64,000 nt of DNA from assembly GCA_905236845.1 (NCBI GenBank), contig CAJOQM010000040.1, positions 28,050 through 92,049 on the forward strand, given 5' to 3'. Position numbers and translations under genes: made by a program. The notes beneath the pieces were generated by a model. The model worked only from the letters and a program-made list of their open reading frames with translations. It was not told the DNA's origin and did no database searches. Below, piece after piece: positions 36,560-47,184 of the stretch; the stretch's first letter is position 1, and every line of letters starts with the position of its first letter. Source of the stretch: an uncultured Lachnospiraceae bacterium (GTDB taxonomy: Bacteria > Bacillota > Clostridia > Lachnospirales > Lachnospiraceae).

Positions 36560-37851
36560 ATGATAAAGCAATTGAAATATATAAGGAATTCGGCATAGAT
36601 GAGGATGTTGTTCTTTATGTGAAAGATAAGGAAAGAGATCTTTGTGACAGATTTAACGCTATTGACGAAATGGCGGATTACAACCAGCTTCGGGTTATTA
36701 AAGCCATGCAAAATAACAAAGTATCGTCGGAATGCTTTAATACATCTACGGGCTACGGATATGACGACTATGGCAGGGATACTTTGGAAAAGATTTATGC
36801 GGAGGTTTTCCATACGGAAGATGCCCTCGTGCGTCCCCAGATAACCTGCGGCACCCATGCTTTGGGGATAGCGCTTTTTAGCCAGCTTCGCCCCGGTGAT
36901 GAGCTGTATTGTCCGGCGGGCTCTCCTTATGATACTTTGGAAGAAGTCATTGGTATATGCGGCGAAGGGAAGGATAGCGGTTCATTAAAAGACTATGGGA
37001 TTTCCTATGCAAAGACAGACCTTCTTCCCGATGGCTCGTTTGATTTTGATGAAATCCCGTCGAAAATAAATGACAAAACAAAGCTTATCGCCATACAGCG
37101 CTCAAAAGGCTATGCTGACAGGCTTTCATTTACTGTTGAACGCATAGCGGATCTGATAAAATTTATCCGCAATATAAAGCCGGATGTAACAATAATGGTA
37201 GATAATTGCTATGGCGAATTTGCGGAATATATAGAGCCTTCAGAAGTCGGGGCGGATATTATAGCAGGCTCTCTCATAAAAAACCCCGGAGGAGGGCTTT
37301 GCGAAACGGGCGGCTATATCTGCGGTACAAAGGAATGCATAGAAAAAGCAGCATCAAGGATGACTGTGCCGGGGCTTGGACGGGAGGTTGGTCCTTCTCT
37401 TGGGATAATCCGTTCTATGTATCAGGGTCTTTTCCTTGCGCCTTCAGTTACTGCAAGCGCTATGAAAGGAGCCATACTTTCCGCAGCTGTATATGAAGGT
37501 CTGGGCTTTAAATGCCTGCCTTCATCAACAGATGAAAGGACGGATATCATACAGGCAATCACTTTGAAATCCCCGGAAGCTCTAAACGCATTTTGCGCCG
37601 GCATACAGGCCGCAAGCGCTGTAGAGGGGTATGTGACGCCCTCCGCCTGGGATATGCCGGGGTACGACGATCCCGTGATCATGGCGGCGGGAGCCTTCGT
37701 ACAGGGCTCATCCATAGAGCTTTCTGCTGACGGACCCATGCGAGAGCCCTATAACGTATATCTCCAGGGCGGCCTTACCTACTCCCACGCAAGACTCGGC
37801 GTACTTTCAAGTCTTTCGAGGATGAAAGTAGAAGGTCTTGCAAACATTTAA
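36556..37851 (+). CDS. PLP-dependent YnbB-like (methionine gamma-lyase / aluminium-resistance family) protein
   Basis: The ATG at 36556 overlaps the miaA stop. IAIQRSKGY and GSLIKNPGG (candidate PLP lysine). The position after mutSL-miaA is typical for Firmicutes. Confidence 0.75.
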   Translation: MNDKAIEIYKEFGIDEDVVLYVKDKERDLCDRFNAIDEMADYNQLRVIKAMQNNKVSSECFNTSTGYGYDDYGRDTLEKIYAEVFHTEDALVRPQITCGTHALGIALFSQLRPGDELYCPAGSPYDTLEEVIGICGEGKDSGSLKDYGISYAKTDLLPDGSFDFDEIPSKINDKTKLIAIQRSKGYADRLSFTVERIADLIKFIRNIKPDVTIMVDNCYGEFAEYIEPSEVGADIIAGSLIKNPGGGLCETGGYICGTKECIEKAASRMTVPGLGREVGPSLGIIRSMYQGLFLAPSVTASAMKGAILSAAVYEGLGFKCLPSSTDERTDIIQAITLKSPEALNAFCAGIQAASAVEGYVTPSAWDMPGYDDPVIMAAGAFVQGSSIELSADGPMREPYNVYLQGGLTYSHARLGVLSSLSRMKVEGLANI

Positions 37852-37996
37852 GGAAACGCATAATATGGATTAATTAAAATTATTCAGCGTTTCCTTGTAA
37901 AAGTTATATCAATTTATATTTTACACTGCGCCAAAAATATGATAAGATAAAAATTGCGCTTTTTAGATTTGTTACTTACTGAAAGGAATATGAAAG

Positions 37997-39019
37997 ATGG
38001 CTTCAACCATATTGGGAATTGACATGGGTACGCAGAATATTAAGATTTCCTCCAAGGGGGGCAAATCAATTATCTGCGAAAAAAACGTTATCGCCATGAA
38101 CGGCACATCTATGTATGCCTTTGGCGATGATGCCTATGATATGTTTGAAAAAACTCCGGATAATATAACGGTTTCTTTCCCTGTAAAAGACGGCGTTATA
38201 GCAGACTACAGGAATATGAGAGATGAGCTTATCGCTTTTATTCACAAATATTTCCCCCAGGGAATCAAGGATTCAACTGTAATCGTTGCTATCCCCACGG
38301 ATATATCCGAAGTAGAGAAAAGATCTTATTTTGAGCTTGTGGAAAGCTGCAAATTTAAGCTTTCGAGCGTCCGTGTCTGTGAGATACCCTTAGCTTGCGC
38401 AATAGGCCTGGGGCTTCCCGTAAATGATGCTACGGGAATGATGGTCATTGATTTTGGCGCAGATACAACGGAAATATCTGTTATATCCCTGGGCGGACTT
38501 GTGTTAAGCAAGCTTGTAAAGACAGGCGGCAACAAAATGGCCGAATGCATAGCTTCATACGTAAAGGAAAACAAAAGTCTTTACATCGGAGCAAAGTCCG
38601 CAGAGAGCCTTCTTTGCAATATCGGTTTTGCCACGGAGCCTGATGAGAGTGTTATGAAGACTATCGGCAGGAATATGCTTACAGGGTATCCCGTTACTCT
38701 TGAAATATCCGCAGCGGAAGTATACGAAGCCATAAAAGACCAGTTTGATATGATTTCCGAAGCCATACTCTATATTCTTGAGCGTACGCCGCCCGAGCTG
38801 TCAAGCGATATTATAGAAAACGGCATATATCTTACCGGAGGTGTGTCGAAAATCAAAAATCTTGATAAATTTATAACAGGGGAGACGGAATTAAGTGTAA
38901 ATCTTTCAGGTTCTCCTATAGAGAATGCAGCCAAAGGTCTCGAAAAAATCGCATCGGACAAGGAGCTTTCGCAGCTTGCTTACACCATAGACAGCCCCAA
39001 AAACAGGTTTTTCAGATAA
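37997..39019 (+). CDS. mreB: Rod shape-determining actin homologue MreB (divergent)
   Basis: LGIDMGTQNIKI, VIVAIPTDISEVEKR, MVIDFGADTTEISVISLGG and IYLTGGVSKIKNL. It is followed by mreC and mreD. Confidence 0.85.
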   Translation: MASTILGIDMGTQNIKISSKGGKSIICEKNVIAMNGTSMYAFGDDAYDMFEKTPDNITVSFPVKDGVIADYRNMRDELIAFIHKYFPQGIKDSTVIVAIPTDISEVEKRSYFELVESCKFKLSSVRVCEIPLACAIGLGLPVNDATGMMVIDFGADTTEISVISLGGLVLSKLVKTGGNKMAECIASYVKENKSLYIGAKSAESLLCNIGFATEPDESVMKTIGRNMLTGYPVTLEISAAEVYEAIKDQFDMISEAILYILERTPPELSSDIIENGIYLTGGVSKIKNLDKFITGETELSVNLSGSPIENAAKGLEKIASDKELSQLAYTIDSPKNRFFR

Positions 39020-39022
39020 AAT

Positions 39023-39904
39023 ATGATAAGAAGAAACAACAACAATTCAAAAAAGCCGGGAAACGGTCTGGTCTTTATGATATCCGTTTTTTGCTGCATA
39101 GGTCTTATTATCCTTGTGAGTGCCTTTAATACCGCAAGAGTGCCGTTTAGTTTTGTGGCAGACTATGTCTTTGTGCCTGTACAAAACGGCATAAATGCCG
39201 TAAGCACAGCAATTATCGACTTTTCAGATAATTTCAAGAGCAAGCAGGAGCTTCTTGCGGAAAACGAAGCGCTGCAGGAAGAGGTAGATGAGCTTACAAC
39301 ACAAAACTCTACCCTCGTCCTTGATACATACAGACTTTCCGAGCTTGAAGAGCTTTATGAGCTTGATTCTTTGTATACGGATTATGAAAAGACGGGAGCG
39401 TATGTTATCTCAAAGGATTCCGGCAACTGGTTTTCTACATTTACGATAAACAAAGGCTCTGACGACGGCATAAAAGTAGACATGAACGTAGTATCGGGAA
39501 GCGGTCTTGTGGGGATAGTTACATCTGTAGGGAAGCATTATGCCACTGTCCGCTCTATAATAGATGATACAAACGCTGTATCTGCTATGATCCTGGATAC
39601 TTCGGACAATTTTATCGTAAGCGGGTCGCTTACCATGATGAGCTCGGATAAGGTTTTGCCTTTTACGTCATTGCAGGATACGGATGATGAAGTAGAGGCG
39701 GGCGATGCCGTTGTGACCAGCTATATAAGCCAAAAATATCTGCCGGGGCTATTGGTGGGCTATATATCCGAAATCGGCACGGACTCAAACGAGATTACAA
39801 AATCCGGCACCATCACGCCGGTAGTTGATTTTGAGCATTTGCAGGAAGTCCTGGTTATACTTGAAACAAAGCAGCAGGCAGGAGATGACGAAGATGAAAC
39901 ATAG
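39023..39904 (+). CDS. mreC: Rod shape-determining protein MreC
   Basis: N-terminal TM, a coiled coil (ELLAENEALQEEVDELT), and a beta domain with GLVGIVTSVGKHYATVRSI. Confidence 0.88.
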   Translation: MIRRNNNNSKKPGNGLVFMISVFCCIGLIILVSAFNTARVPFSFVADYVFVPVQNGINAVSTAIIDFSDNFKSKQELLAENEALQEEVDELTTQNSTLVLDTYRLSELEELYELDSLYTDYEKTGAYVISKDSGNWFSTFTINKGSDDGIKVDMNVVSGSGLVGIVTSVGKHYATVRSIIDDTNAVSAMILDTSDNFIVSGSLTMMSSDKVLPFTSLQDTDDEVEAGDAVVTSYISQKYLPGLLVGYISEIGTDSNEITKSGTITPVVDFEHLQEVLVILETKQQAGDDEDET

Positions 39905-40412
39905 GCTGGTCTCTTTGATTGTCATTTTCATATTTGCCCTGCTTCAGCATTGCGTTTTTCCCGTGATTACGCTTATATCCATTACTCCGAACCTCCTTAT
40001 GGGAGCGACTGCGGCATATGCCATAATGAGAGGACCCAAAGAAGGAATCCTTGTGGGACTTATTTGCGGACTTATCGTTGATGTGTTTTCGGGTAATTTG
40101 ATCGGCACATTTATGCTGATATACTCTGTTACGGGCTTTTTTATGGGATTTTTCAACAGACTGTTTTTCCCCGAGGAAGTGCTGCTTCCTCTGGGCGGCA
40201 TTGCAGTGGGTGACATAATATACGGCATAGTTGTATATTTGGGCTTCTTTTTCATAAGAGGTAATCTTAATTTCGGAGAATATTTACTTAATATAATTCT
40301 TCCCGAAGCCTTATATACTCTGGTTTGTATGATTTTATTCTATCCTCTTATCTTGAGAATAGAGCAGCGATTTATCGAAAGAGACAAGGGTAATGCGAAT
40401 AAATTTGCCTGA
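39894..40412 (+). CDS. mreD: Rod shape-determining protein MreD
   Basis: AGGAG RBS 9 nt before the ATG at 39894. It is a small protein with five hydrophobic helices, positioned between mreC and PBP2. Confidence 0.8.
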   Translation: MKHRLVSLIVIFIFALLQHCVFPVITLISITPNLLMGATAAYAIMRGPKEGILVGLICGLIVDVFSGNLIGTFMLIYSVTGFFMGFFNRLFFPEEVLLPLGGIAVGDIIYGIVVYLGFFFIRGNLNFGEYLLNIILPEALYTLVCMILFYPLILRIEQRFIERDKGNANKFA

Positions 40413-43254
40413 AAAAATAAAAGAGCTTATCTTAAGATATTATCATTCCCGCATAGCAGTGGTTACTACTATTGTATGTGCGCTTTTTTGCATATTGGTC
40501 GGAAGGATATTCTATCTCCAGATACTGCACGGCGAAGAGTATCAAAATGAACATACATTGACCATATTAAAGACACGTACAAAAAACGCTACCAGGGGTA
40601 CCATCTATGACAGGAACGGAAATGTCCTTGCGTATGACAAGCTTGCATATGCCGTGACGTTTGAAGACACGGGAGATTATACTACAAACGATCAGATGAA
40701 CGAGAAAATCGTCATGATCATTGATATGATAGAGGAAAACGGCGACAGTATTGATGATAATGATTTTAAGATAAAGTATACGGACGGGGAATTTGAATTT
40801 ACTGTTTTGGGAACTTCCCTTGAACGCTTTAAGGCGGATATTTACGGATATTCCAGTACAGAGAGCCTAAACGCCGCCCAGCTTAAAGCGGACGCAGAGG
40901 ATATTTTCCTTTATCTTTGCGATAAATATGACATATATTGTAATTTGAACAGCGATGATGCTGATGATGTCGATGCGGTATATGATATGGATATGGCTAT
41001 GAAGCTTCTTACCGTGCGTTATGCCATGTCTTCAAACAGCTATCAGAAATATATCCAGACCACCATAGCTTCCGATGTCAGTGAGCAGACAGTAGCAGAT
41101 ATATCCGAAAATTCCGCAGATATCCTGGGTCTTGAAATCGCCGAAAACACTGTACGAGTATATAACGAAAGCGAATATTTCGCCCACATCATAGGATATA
41201 CCGGGACTATTTCCGATGATGAATATGAGGAGCTTTCCGAAGAAAGGGATGACTATTCATTAAACGACAAGGTGGGCAAATCCGGAATCGAGGAATACTA
41301 CGAAACATATCTGCAGGGGATAAAGGGCTCTGAAGAAGTCTATGTAGACAATGTGGGTACAGTCCTTGAAGTAGCAAGCAGTACCGATCCTACGGCAGGT
41401 AACGATGTTTATCTTACCATAGACATGGATCTGCAGATTGCGGTTTATGATCTGCTCGAAGAGGAGCTGGCTTCTATTTTGTATTACAAGATAGAGGATG
41501 TAGATGACTATGATGCATCTTCGGCTTCTTCATCGAGTGATATCATTATTCCCATAAATGATGTCTATGTCGCTCTTATTGACAACAGCGTAATAGATGT
41601 AAGCCATTTTGCGGAATCTGATGCGGGGACATACGAAAAAGAGCTGCAAAGCGCCTATGAAAAATACAGTTCTTCCGCAAGCTCAACCATTATAAACGAG
41701 CTTACCGGTTCGTCCCCTACGGCTTTTGCAGATCTTACTGACGAAATGGCTGAATACGAAAACTACATAATGGACAGCCTTTACACTGACAGTATAGTAG
41801 ACAAGAAAGCCGTGGATACATCTTCGGAAGAATATATTGCCTGGAAAGAAGGCACCGGTACCCTGGCTGATTACCTGCTTTATAATATTTCCCTGGATAA
41901 TCTTGATGTGACCGGCTTTGAAATAGAAGATAAATACGCAGACAAAGACGAGATATACGACGCCCTTGTTGAATATATCAGGGATTCAGTCCTTACGGAC
42001 ACAGGCTTTGAGAAGCTTATTTTTAAGTATATGATAGAAAACGGATATGTGGGAGGACGGGAAATCTGTCTAACGCTCTACGAACAGGGTATTCTGGAGG
42101 AAGATGATAATTATACGGCTTTAAACAGCGGAAGTGTTTCTGCGTATGAATTTATCCGGGAACGCATCCGGAATCTGGACATTACTCCGGCGCAGCTTGC
42201 CCTGGATCCCTGCAATGCATCCTGTGTTATCGTAGACCCCAATAACGGAGAAGTCCTTGCCTGTGTCACATATCCGGGCTATGACAACAACAAGATGGCA
42301 AATTCTGTAGACAGCGATTATTATGCATCTCTTACGGAGGATCTGTCCTATCCTTTGCTTAATTACGCCACACAGCAAAAGACGGCGCCCGGATCCACGT
42401 TTAAGATGATTACAGCGACCGCTGCCCTTACGGAAGGTTTTGTTACTACGGATGAAGAGATTGAAGACGAAGGTATATTTGAGAATATTTCACCTTCACC
42501 CCAATGCTGGATTTATCCTTCGACTCACGGCACCATAAATATATCCGAAGCCATCCGGGATTCATGCAACTATTTCTTTTATGAAATGGGTTACAGGATG
42601 AGCACAAATAATGAAACAACGACATATAACGACAACGAGGGTCTTTCTATCCTCGAAAAATATGCGTCTTTATACGGACTTGATGCAAATACGGGTATAG
42701 AAATCCCGGAGGCGACGCCGGAAATATCAGACAGTGATGCGGTCCGCTCTTCCATAGGACAAGGAACCGCAAACTATACGACCACACAGCTTGCCCGTTA
42801 TGTATCTACAATAGCAAACAGCGGGACATGCTATAATCTTACTCTTGTATCAAAAGTTACGGATAAAGATGCAAATATTATTGAAGAACATGCTTCTTCG
42901 GTATACAATACCTTAAGCGAAGTCGCAAAGACATCCTGGAAAGCTATCCAGAAGGGAATGCATATGGATATTGAGACTCTGGATGTATTTGACGACGTTA
43001 CCGTAACCGCTGCCGGAAAGACCGGTACGGCGCAGGAGAGGGAAAACCGGGCAAACCATGCGCTGTTTGTGTGCTATGCTCCCTATTCAAGCCCCGATAT
43101 TGCTGTTGCGACCCGTATTCCCTACGGATATACATCGGCAAACGCCGCAGAGGTTACATCATATATTTTGAAATATTACTTTGAGCAGGAGAGCATAGAC
43201 GAAATAAAACAAGAGCTTTCATCAAACGGCGGAAGTTCTTATGTAAACGACTAA
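40393..43254 (+). CDS. mrdA: Penicillin-binding protein 2 (class B transpeptidase) with long acidic insertions
   Basis: TM anchor, RGTIYDRNGNVLA, active-site motifs PGSTFKM (SxxK), DSCN (SxN) and GKTGTAQ (KTG). At 953 aa it is much longer than a minimal PBP2. Confidence 0.9.
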   Translation: MRINLPEKIKELILRYYHSRIAVVTTIVCALFCILVGRIFYLQILHGEEYQNEHTLTILKTRTKNATRGTIYDRNGNVLAYDKLAYAVTFEDTGDYTTNDQMNEKIVMIIDMIEENGDSIDDNDFKIKYTDGEFEFTVLGTSLERFKADIYGYSSTESLNAAQLKADAEDIFLYLCDKYDIYCNLNSDDADDVDAVYDMDMAMKLLTVRYAMSSNSYQKYIQTTIASDVSEQTVADISENSADILGLEIAENTVRVYNESEYFAHIIGYTGTISDDEYEELSEERDDYSLNDKVGKSGIEEYYETYLQGIKGSEEVYVDNVGTVLEVASSTDPTAGNDVYLTIDMDLQIAVYDLLEEELASILYYKIEDVDDYDASSASSSSDIIIPINDVYVALIDNSVIDVSHFAESDAGTYEKELQSAYEKYSSSASSTIINELTGSSPTAFADLTDEMAEYENYIMDSLYTDSIVDKKAVDTSSEEYIAWKEGTGTLADYLLYNISLDNLDVTGFEIEDKYADKDEIYDALVEYIRDSVLTDTGFEKLIFKYMIENGYVGGREICLTLYEQGILEEDDNYTALNSGSVSAYEFIRERIRNLDITPAQLALDPCNASCVIVDPNNGEVLACVTYPGYDNNKMANSVDSDYYASLTEDLSYPLLNYATQQKTAPGSTFKMITATAALTEGFVTTDEEIEDEGIFENISPSPQCWIYPSTHGTINISEAIRDSCNYFFYEMGYRMSTNNETTTYNDNEGLSILEKYASLYGLDANTGIEIPEATPEISDSDAVRSSIGQGTANYTTTQLARYVSTIANSGTCYNLTLVSKVTDKDANIIEEHASSVYNTLSEVAKTSWKAIQKGMHMDIETLDVFDDVTVTAAGKTGTAQERENRANHALFVCYAPYSSPDIAVATRIPYGYTSANAAEVTSYILKYYFEQESIDEIKQELSSNGGSSYVND

Positions 43255-43276
43255 GGCATTACAGAAAGAAAAGAGT

Positions 43277-43945
43277 ATGAAACAAAATTCCGATCCCGTA
43301 ATTATTAAAAGCTACAAAAACGGAATTAAGCTAAAGCTTAACGAGGATAGTTCCCTTGATGAGATTAAAGAGGATCTAAAAGAAAAAATCACAAAATCGG
43401 CTAAGTTTTACAACGATGCCATGCTTGGGCTTTCATTTGAGGGTAAAATAATCTCGGATGACGACAGGATAGCCCTGGCTGATATTATAGAGGAGGTTTC
43501 CTCTGCCAAAATCGTATCTGTAGAATGCGAAGATGAGAACGAATACGAAAGCTTTGACCTTATGATGCAGCGGGCAAAAGCTATGGCCTCAAAGAATATG
43601 GCTGAAGTCTATGTTGGAAATATACGTTCCGGCCAGGTGGTTAAAACCGACAGGAGCATCGTTATCATAGGAGATGTGCATACGGGAGGCTTTGTATATG
43701 CCGGATACAGCATTATCGTAATGGGAGCTCTTTTGGGAAGCGCCAAGGCAGGTCTTAATGACGATGCGACGGAATCTTTTGTATGCGCCGTAAGGATGCA
43801 TCCTTTTGAGCTTGCCATAGACGGGGTCGGACTTAAGGAAACCCAAAGAGATATAATGGATACTGTAAAGAGGGGAAAACCCGATCCGGTCATTTCATAT
43901 GTCGCAAACGGCGAGATTGCCATTGATAATTTGTTTAATAATTAA
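43277..43945 (+). CDS. minC: Septum site-determining protein MinC
   Basis: C-terminal beta-helix GNIRSGQVVKTDRSIVIIGDVHTGGFVYAGYSIIVMGALLGSAKAG. It precedes minD and minE. Confidence 0.88.
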   Translation: MKQNSDPVIIKSYKNGIKLKLNEDSSLDEIKEDLKEKITKSAKFYNDAMLGLSFEGKIISDDDRIALADIIEEVSSAKIVSVECEDENEYESFDLMMQRAKAMASKNMAEVYVGNIRSGQVVKTDRSIVIIGDVHTGGFVYAGYSIIVMGALLGSAKAGLNDDATESFVCAVRMHPFELAIDGVGLKETQRDIMDTVKRGKPDPVISYVANGEIAIDNLFNN

Positions 43946-43971
43946 TTTCACATATATAACAGGAGGAAAAC

Positions 43972-44781
43972 ATGAGCGAAGTAATAGTAATCACATCAGG
44001 AAAAGGCGGAGTAGGAAAGACCACATCTACCGCAAATCTGGGCACGGGTCTTGCCATGCTTGGGAAAAAGGTGGTTTTGGTAGATACGGATATAGGTCTT
44101 CGCAACCTTGATGTTGTAATGGGCCTTGAAAACCGTATCGTATACAATCTTGTAGACGTTGTAGAGGGAAATTGCAAATTAAAGCAGGCTCTAATCAAGT
44201 CAAAGGCATATCAGGATAACCTTTGTCTTCTTGCAACAGCCCAGACAAGGGACAAATCTGCTGTAAATCCCGACCAGATGAAGAAGCTTATAGAAGAACT
44301 TCGTAAGGAATTTGATTATGTCATCCTGGATTGCCCCGCAGGTATAGAGCAGGGATTCCAAAACGCCATAGCCGGAGCCGACAGGGCAATCGTTATTACG
44401 ACTCCTGAAGTCTCCGCTATCCGCGATGCAGACCGTATCATAGGCCTTCTTGAAGCTTCGGAAATCGGCCAGATAGACCTTGTTGTAAACAGGGTAAGGA
44501 CAGATATGGTAAAACGAGGCGATATGATGACCATAGAGGATGTAGTGGATATTCTTTCCGTACATCTTATCGGCGCTGTGCCTGACGATGAGCAGATTGT
44601 AGTATCCACAAACAAGGGAGAACCTCTTGTGGGGACATCCAGCATGGCAGGAAAAGCGTTTATGAATATCTGCCACAGAATCCTGGGCGAAGATGTGCCT
44701 CTGCTTGATTTTGAAGAAGGCGGCGGATTCTGGGCAAAGCTTAAGGGATTCTTTGGGAAAAGCTCACAGAAAGGAGCATAA
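43972..44781 (+). CDS. minD: Septum site-determining ATPase MinD
   Basis: Deviant Walker A SGKGGVGKTT, DCPAGIE, and a C-terminal amphipathic helix (WAKLKGFFGK). Confidence 0.95.
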   Translation: MSEVIVITSGKGGVGKTTSTANLGTGLAMLGKKVVLVDTDIGLRNLDVVMGLENRIVYNLVDVVEGNCKLKQALIKSKAYQDNLCLLATAQTRDKSAVNPDQMKKLIEELRKEFDYVILDCPAGIEQGFQNAIAGADRAIVITTPEVSAIRDADRIIGLLEASEIGQIDLVVNRVRTDMVKRGDMMTIEDVVDILSVHLIGAVPDDEQIVVSTNKGEPLVGTSSMAGKAFMNICHRILGEDVPLLDFEEGGGFWAKLKGFFGKSSQKGA

Positions 44782-44783
44782 TA

Positions 44784-45056
44784 ATGGCTTTATTTGATTT
44801 TTTTAAAAAGAAAAATTCCGGAAATATAGCAAGAGACAGGCTTAAACTTGTCCTTGTATCCGACAGGGCAGACTGCTCCCAGGATGTTATGGAAAGGATT
44901 AAAAACGAGATTATCGAAGTGATCTCAAAATACATGGAAATAGATACGGACGGGCTGGACATCCAGCTTACTACCACCGAGTCTGACGGAGGCAACGGCG
45001 AAGTGCCGGCGCTTTTTGCAAATATTCCCATACGCCAGATGAAGCATAACGCCTGA
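44784..45056 (+). CDS. minE: Cell division topological specificity factor MinE
   Basis: 90 aa. MALFDFFKKK membrane-targeting start and RDRLKLVLVSDR. Confidence 0.9.
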   Translation: MALFDFFKKKNSGNIARDRLKLVLVSDRADCSQDVMERIKNEIIEVISKYMEIDTDGLDIQLTTTESDGGNGEVPALFANIPIRQMKHNA

Positions 45057-45059
45057 TAT

Positions 45060-46181
45060 ATGGATTTTCTTACTGTAATCAGGCGAAAATACAGGATTAA
45101 CGACTATTTCTTTCCCTTGGTTATGTGCCTGATTGCCATTACCGTAGTCGGGATCCTCGTCATAGGAAGCGCAAACGAATCCTACAGAAACAAACAGATA
45201 CTTGGGCTTGTTCTGGGGCTTATAGTTATGGCTTTTGTTTCTTTGGTGGATTATGAATATATCCTCAAATACTACTGGGTGCTCTACGGCATATTGATAC
45301 TGGGGCTTCTTTTGGTTTTGGTGTTCGGATATACCACAGGCGGCGCTACCCGGTGGATAGACCTCAAGGTAATACGTTTCCAGCCCTCGGAGCTTGCAAA
45401 AATATTTATGATCATATTTCTTGCGGGATATCTGACTTCCCACAAGGAAAACATGAATAAGCCAAAGGAAGTGCTTAAGATCCTGGCTTTTATGTTTTTG
45501 CCTGTTCTCCTTATTCAAAAAGAGCCGGATCTATCAACAAGTATCGTGTTTCTTTTGGTATGCATGTTTATTTTCTTCCTTGCGGGAGTCTCCGCAAAGC
45601 TTGTGGGAGGCGTGCTTGCCGTTGGTATACCCGCCGTGATCATAGGATGGCATATGATACTTACAAAAGGCGAGGAAATATTAAGCTCATACCAGTATAT
45701 GCGTATTATGGCGTGGCTCCACCCCGAAGATTATCCGAACGGCGCATATCAGCAGCAAAATTCCATAACCGCCGTGGGAAGCGGCATGCTCCTTGGAAAA
45801 GGACTGTATAATACTGATGTGGATTCCGCAAAGAACGGTAATTTTATTTCTGAGCCCCAGACAGATTTTATATTTGCTGTAACGGGAGAGGAACTTGGTT
45901 TTGTGGGCGGATGCCTTGTTATCGGGCTTTTGCTTTTGATATGCCTGCTTTGCATTTATATAGGCTTTAAGGCAAAAGACGAAAAGGGCGCTCTTATAGC
46001 ATATGGAATGGGGCTTTTGATAGGGATCCAAAGCTTTGTGAATATCTGCGTTGTAACGGGGCTTTTGCCAAATACGGGACTTCCCCTTCCTTTTGTAAGC
46101 TACGGTCTTACATCTCTTGTTACACTGTTTTTCGGAATGGGAGTAGTGCTGAACGTAGGTCTGCAAAGAGACAGACATTAG
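45060..46181 (+). CDS. rodA: Rod shape-determining protein RodA (SEDS family)
   Basis: QPSELAKI, QKEPDLSTS, TDFIFAVTGEELGFVGG and PNTGLPLPFVSYGLTS. Confidence 0.92.
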   Translation: MDFLTVIRRKYRINDYFFPLVMCLIAITVVGILVIGSANESYRNKQILGLVLGLIVMAFVSLVDYEYILKYYWVLYGILILGLLLVLVFGYTTGGATRWIDLKVIRFQPSELAKIFMIIFLAGYLTSHKENMNKPKEVLKILAFMFLPVLLIQKEPDLSTSIVFLLVCMFIFFLAGVSAKLVGGVLAVGIPAVIIGWHMILTKGEEILSSYQYMRIMAWLHPEDYPNGAYQQQNSITAVGSGMLLGKGLYNTDVDSAKNGNFISEPQTDFIFAVTGEELGFVGGCLVIGLLLLICLLCIYIGFKAKDEKGALIAYGMGLLIGIQSFVNICVVTGLLPNTGLPLPFVSYGLTSLVTLFFGMGVVLNVGLQRDRH

Positions 46182-46191
46182 AGGTTTATTT

Positions 46192-47178
46192 ATGAAATTA
46201 AAGTTATTCGGAAAAAAATCTATAGCGGCACTTTCTGTTGTATTCTGCCTTGCTGCAGGATGCGGCTTTTCAAGCGTTACCCTTGATGACGCATATGATG
46301 TATTTGACACTTCCTCTGCATACGGCATAGGATCGGAGCCTGTTGCGGTATTTGGATTCTCTTCGGATATCGCTGTTCCCGAAAGCGATACTATTGACAA
46401 CGATGCCGTAGATACGGGATTGGCGGAGGCTTCTTTAATTTGTGATCTTAGTACAAATAATATACTTTGTTCAAAAAATGTATATGAACAGCTTTATCCC
46501 GCCAGCACCACAAAGATTCTGACAGCCCTTGTGGTATTGCGGAATTGTTCGGACCTTGATGCGACGCTTACGGTAAGCGAAAACGCCCTTGCCCTCGAAA
46601 CAGGCTCCTCCGTAGCCGGGCTTGCAGTAGGAGATGTGATCACCGTACGGGACGCCTTATACGGGATGATGATGGCTTCGGGTAATGACGCCGCCGTAGC
46701 TCTTGCGGAATATATAAGCGGTACAACATCTGCATTTGCAGACCTTATGAACGATACCGCAAACAGCATAGGCGCTACGAATTCACATTTCGTAAACCCG
46801 AACGGACTTCATGACGCAGATCACTATACAACAGCATACGATCTCTATCTTATATTTAACGAAGCCATTAAGAACGAAACATTTTACGATATAGTAACAT
46901 GCAGGGAATATTCCGCATCATATCAGGATTCGACGGGAGCTTCGGTGTCAAAGACCTGGAATTCCACCTGCAGATATATGGCAGGTACTGCCACAGCCCC
47001 GGATAATGTAACTGTCCTTGGGGCAAAGACCGGTACAACCAGTACAGCCGGATCCTGCCTTGTGCTGCTTTCGGAAAATGCCTCCGGAAAGAAATATATA
47101 AGCGTAGCTCTTGGCGCCACCACAAGGGATGATGTATATTCCCTTATGAATCAGCTTATGTCGCTGGAAAATGAGTAA
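46192..47178 (+). CDS. D-alanyl-D-alanine carboxypeptidase (serine-type, PBP5-like) lipoprotein
   Basis: Lipobox LAAGC. SxxK PASTTKI, SxN ASGNDAA and KTG GAKTGTT. Confidence 0.9.
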   Translation: MKLKLFGKKSIAALSVVFCLAAGCGFSSVTLDDAYDVFDTSSAYGIGSEPVAVFGFSSDIAVPESDTIDNDAVDTGLAEASLICDLSTNNILCSKNVYEQLYPASTTKILTALVVLRNCSDLDATLTVSENALALETGSSVAGLAVGDVITVRDALYGMMMASGNDAAVALAEYISGTTSAFADLMNDTANSIGATNSHFVNPNGLHDADHYTTAYDLYLIFNEAIKNETFYDIVTCREYSASYQDSTGASVSKTWNSTCRYMAGTATAPDNVTVLGAKTGTTSTAGSCLVLLSENASGKKYISVALGATTRDDVYSLMNQLMSLENE

Positions 47179-47184
47179 ATTAAC
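47176..47184. repeat. Left copy of the 9-bp direct repeat TAAATTAAC (target-site-duplication-like), containing the dac stop codon
   Basis: It is identical to 47453-47461 and abuts the left inverted repeat. Confidence 0.6.
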
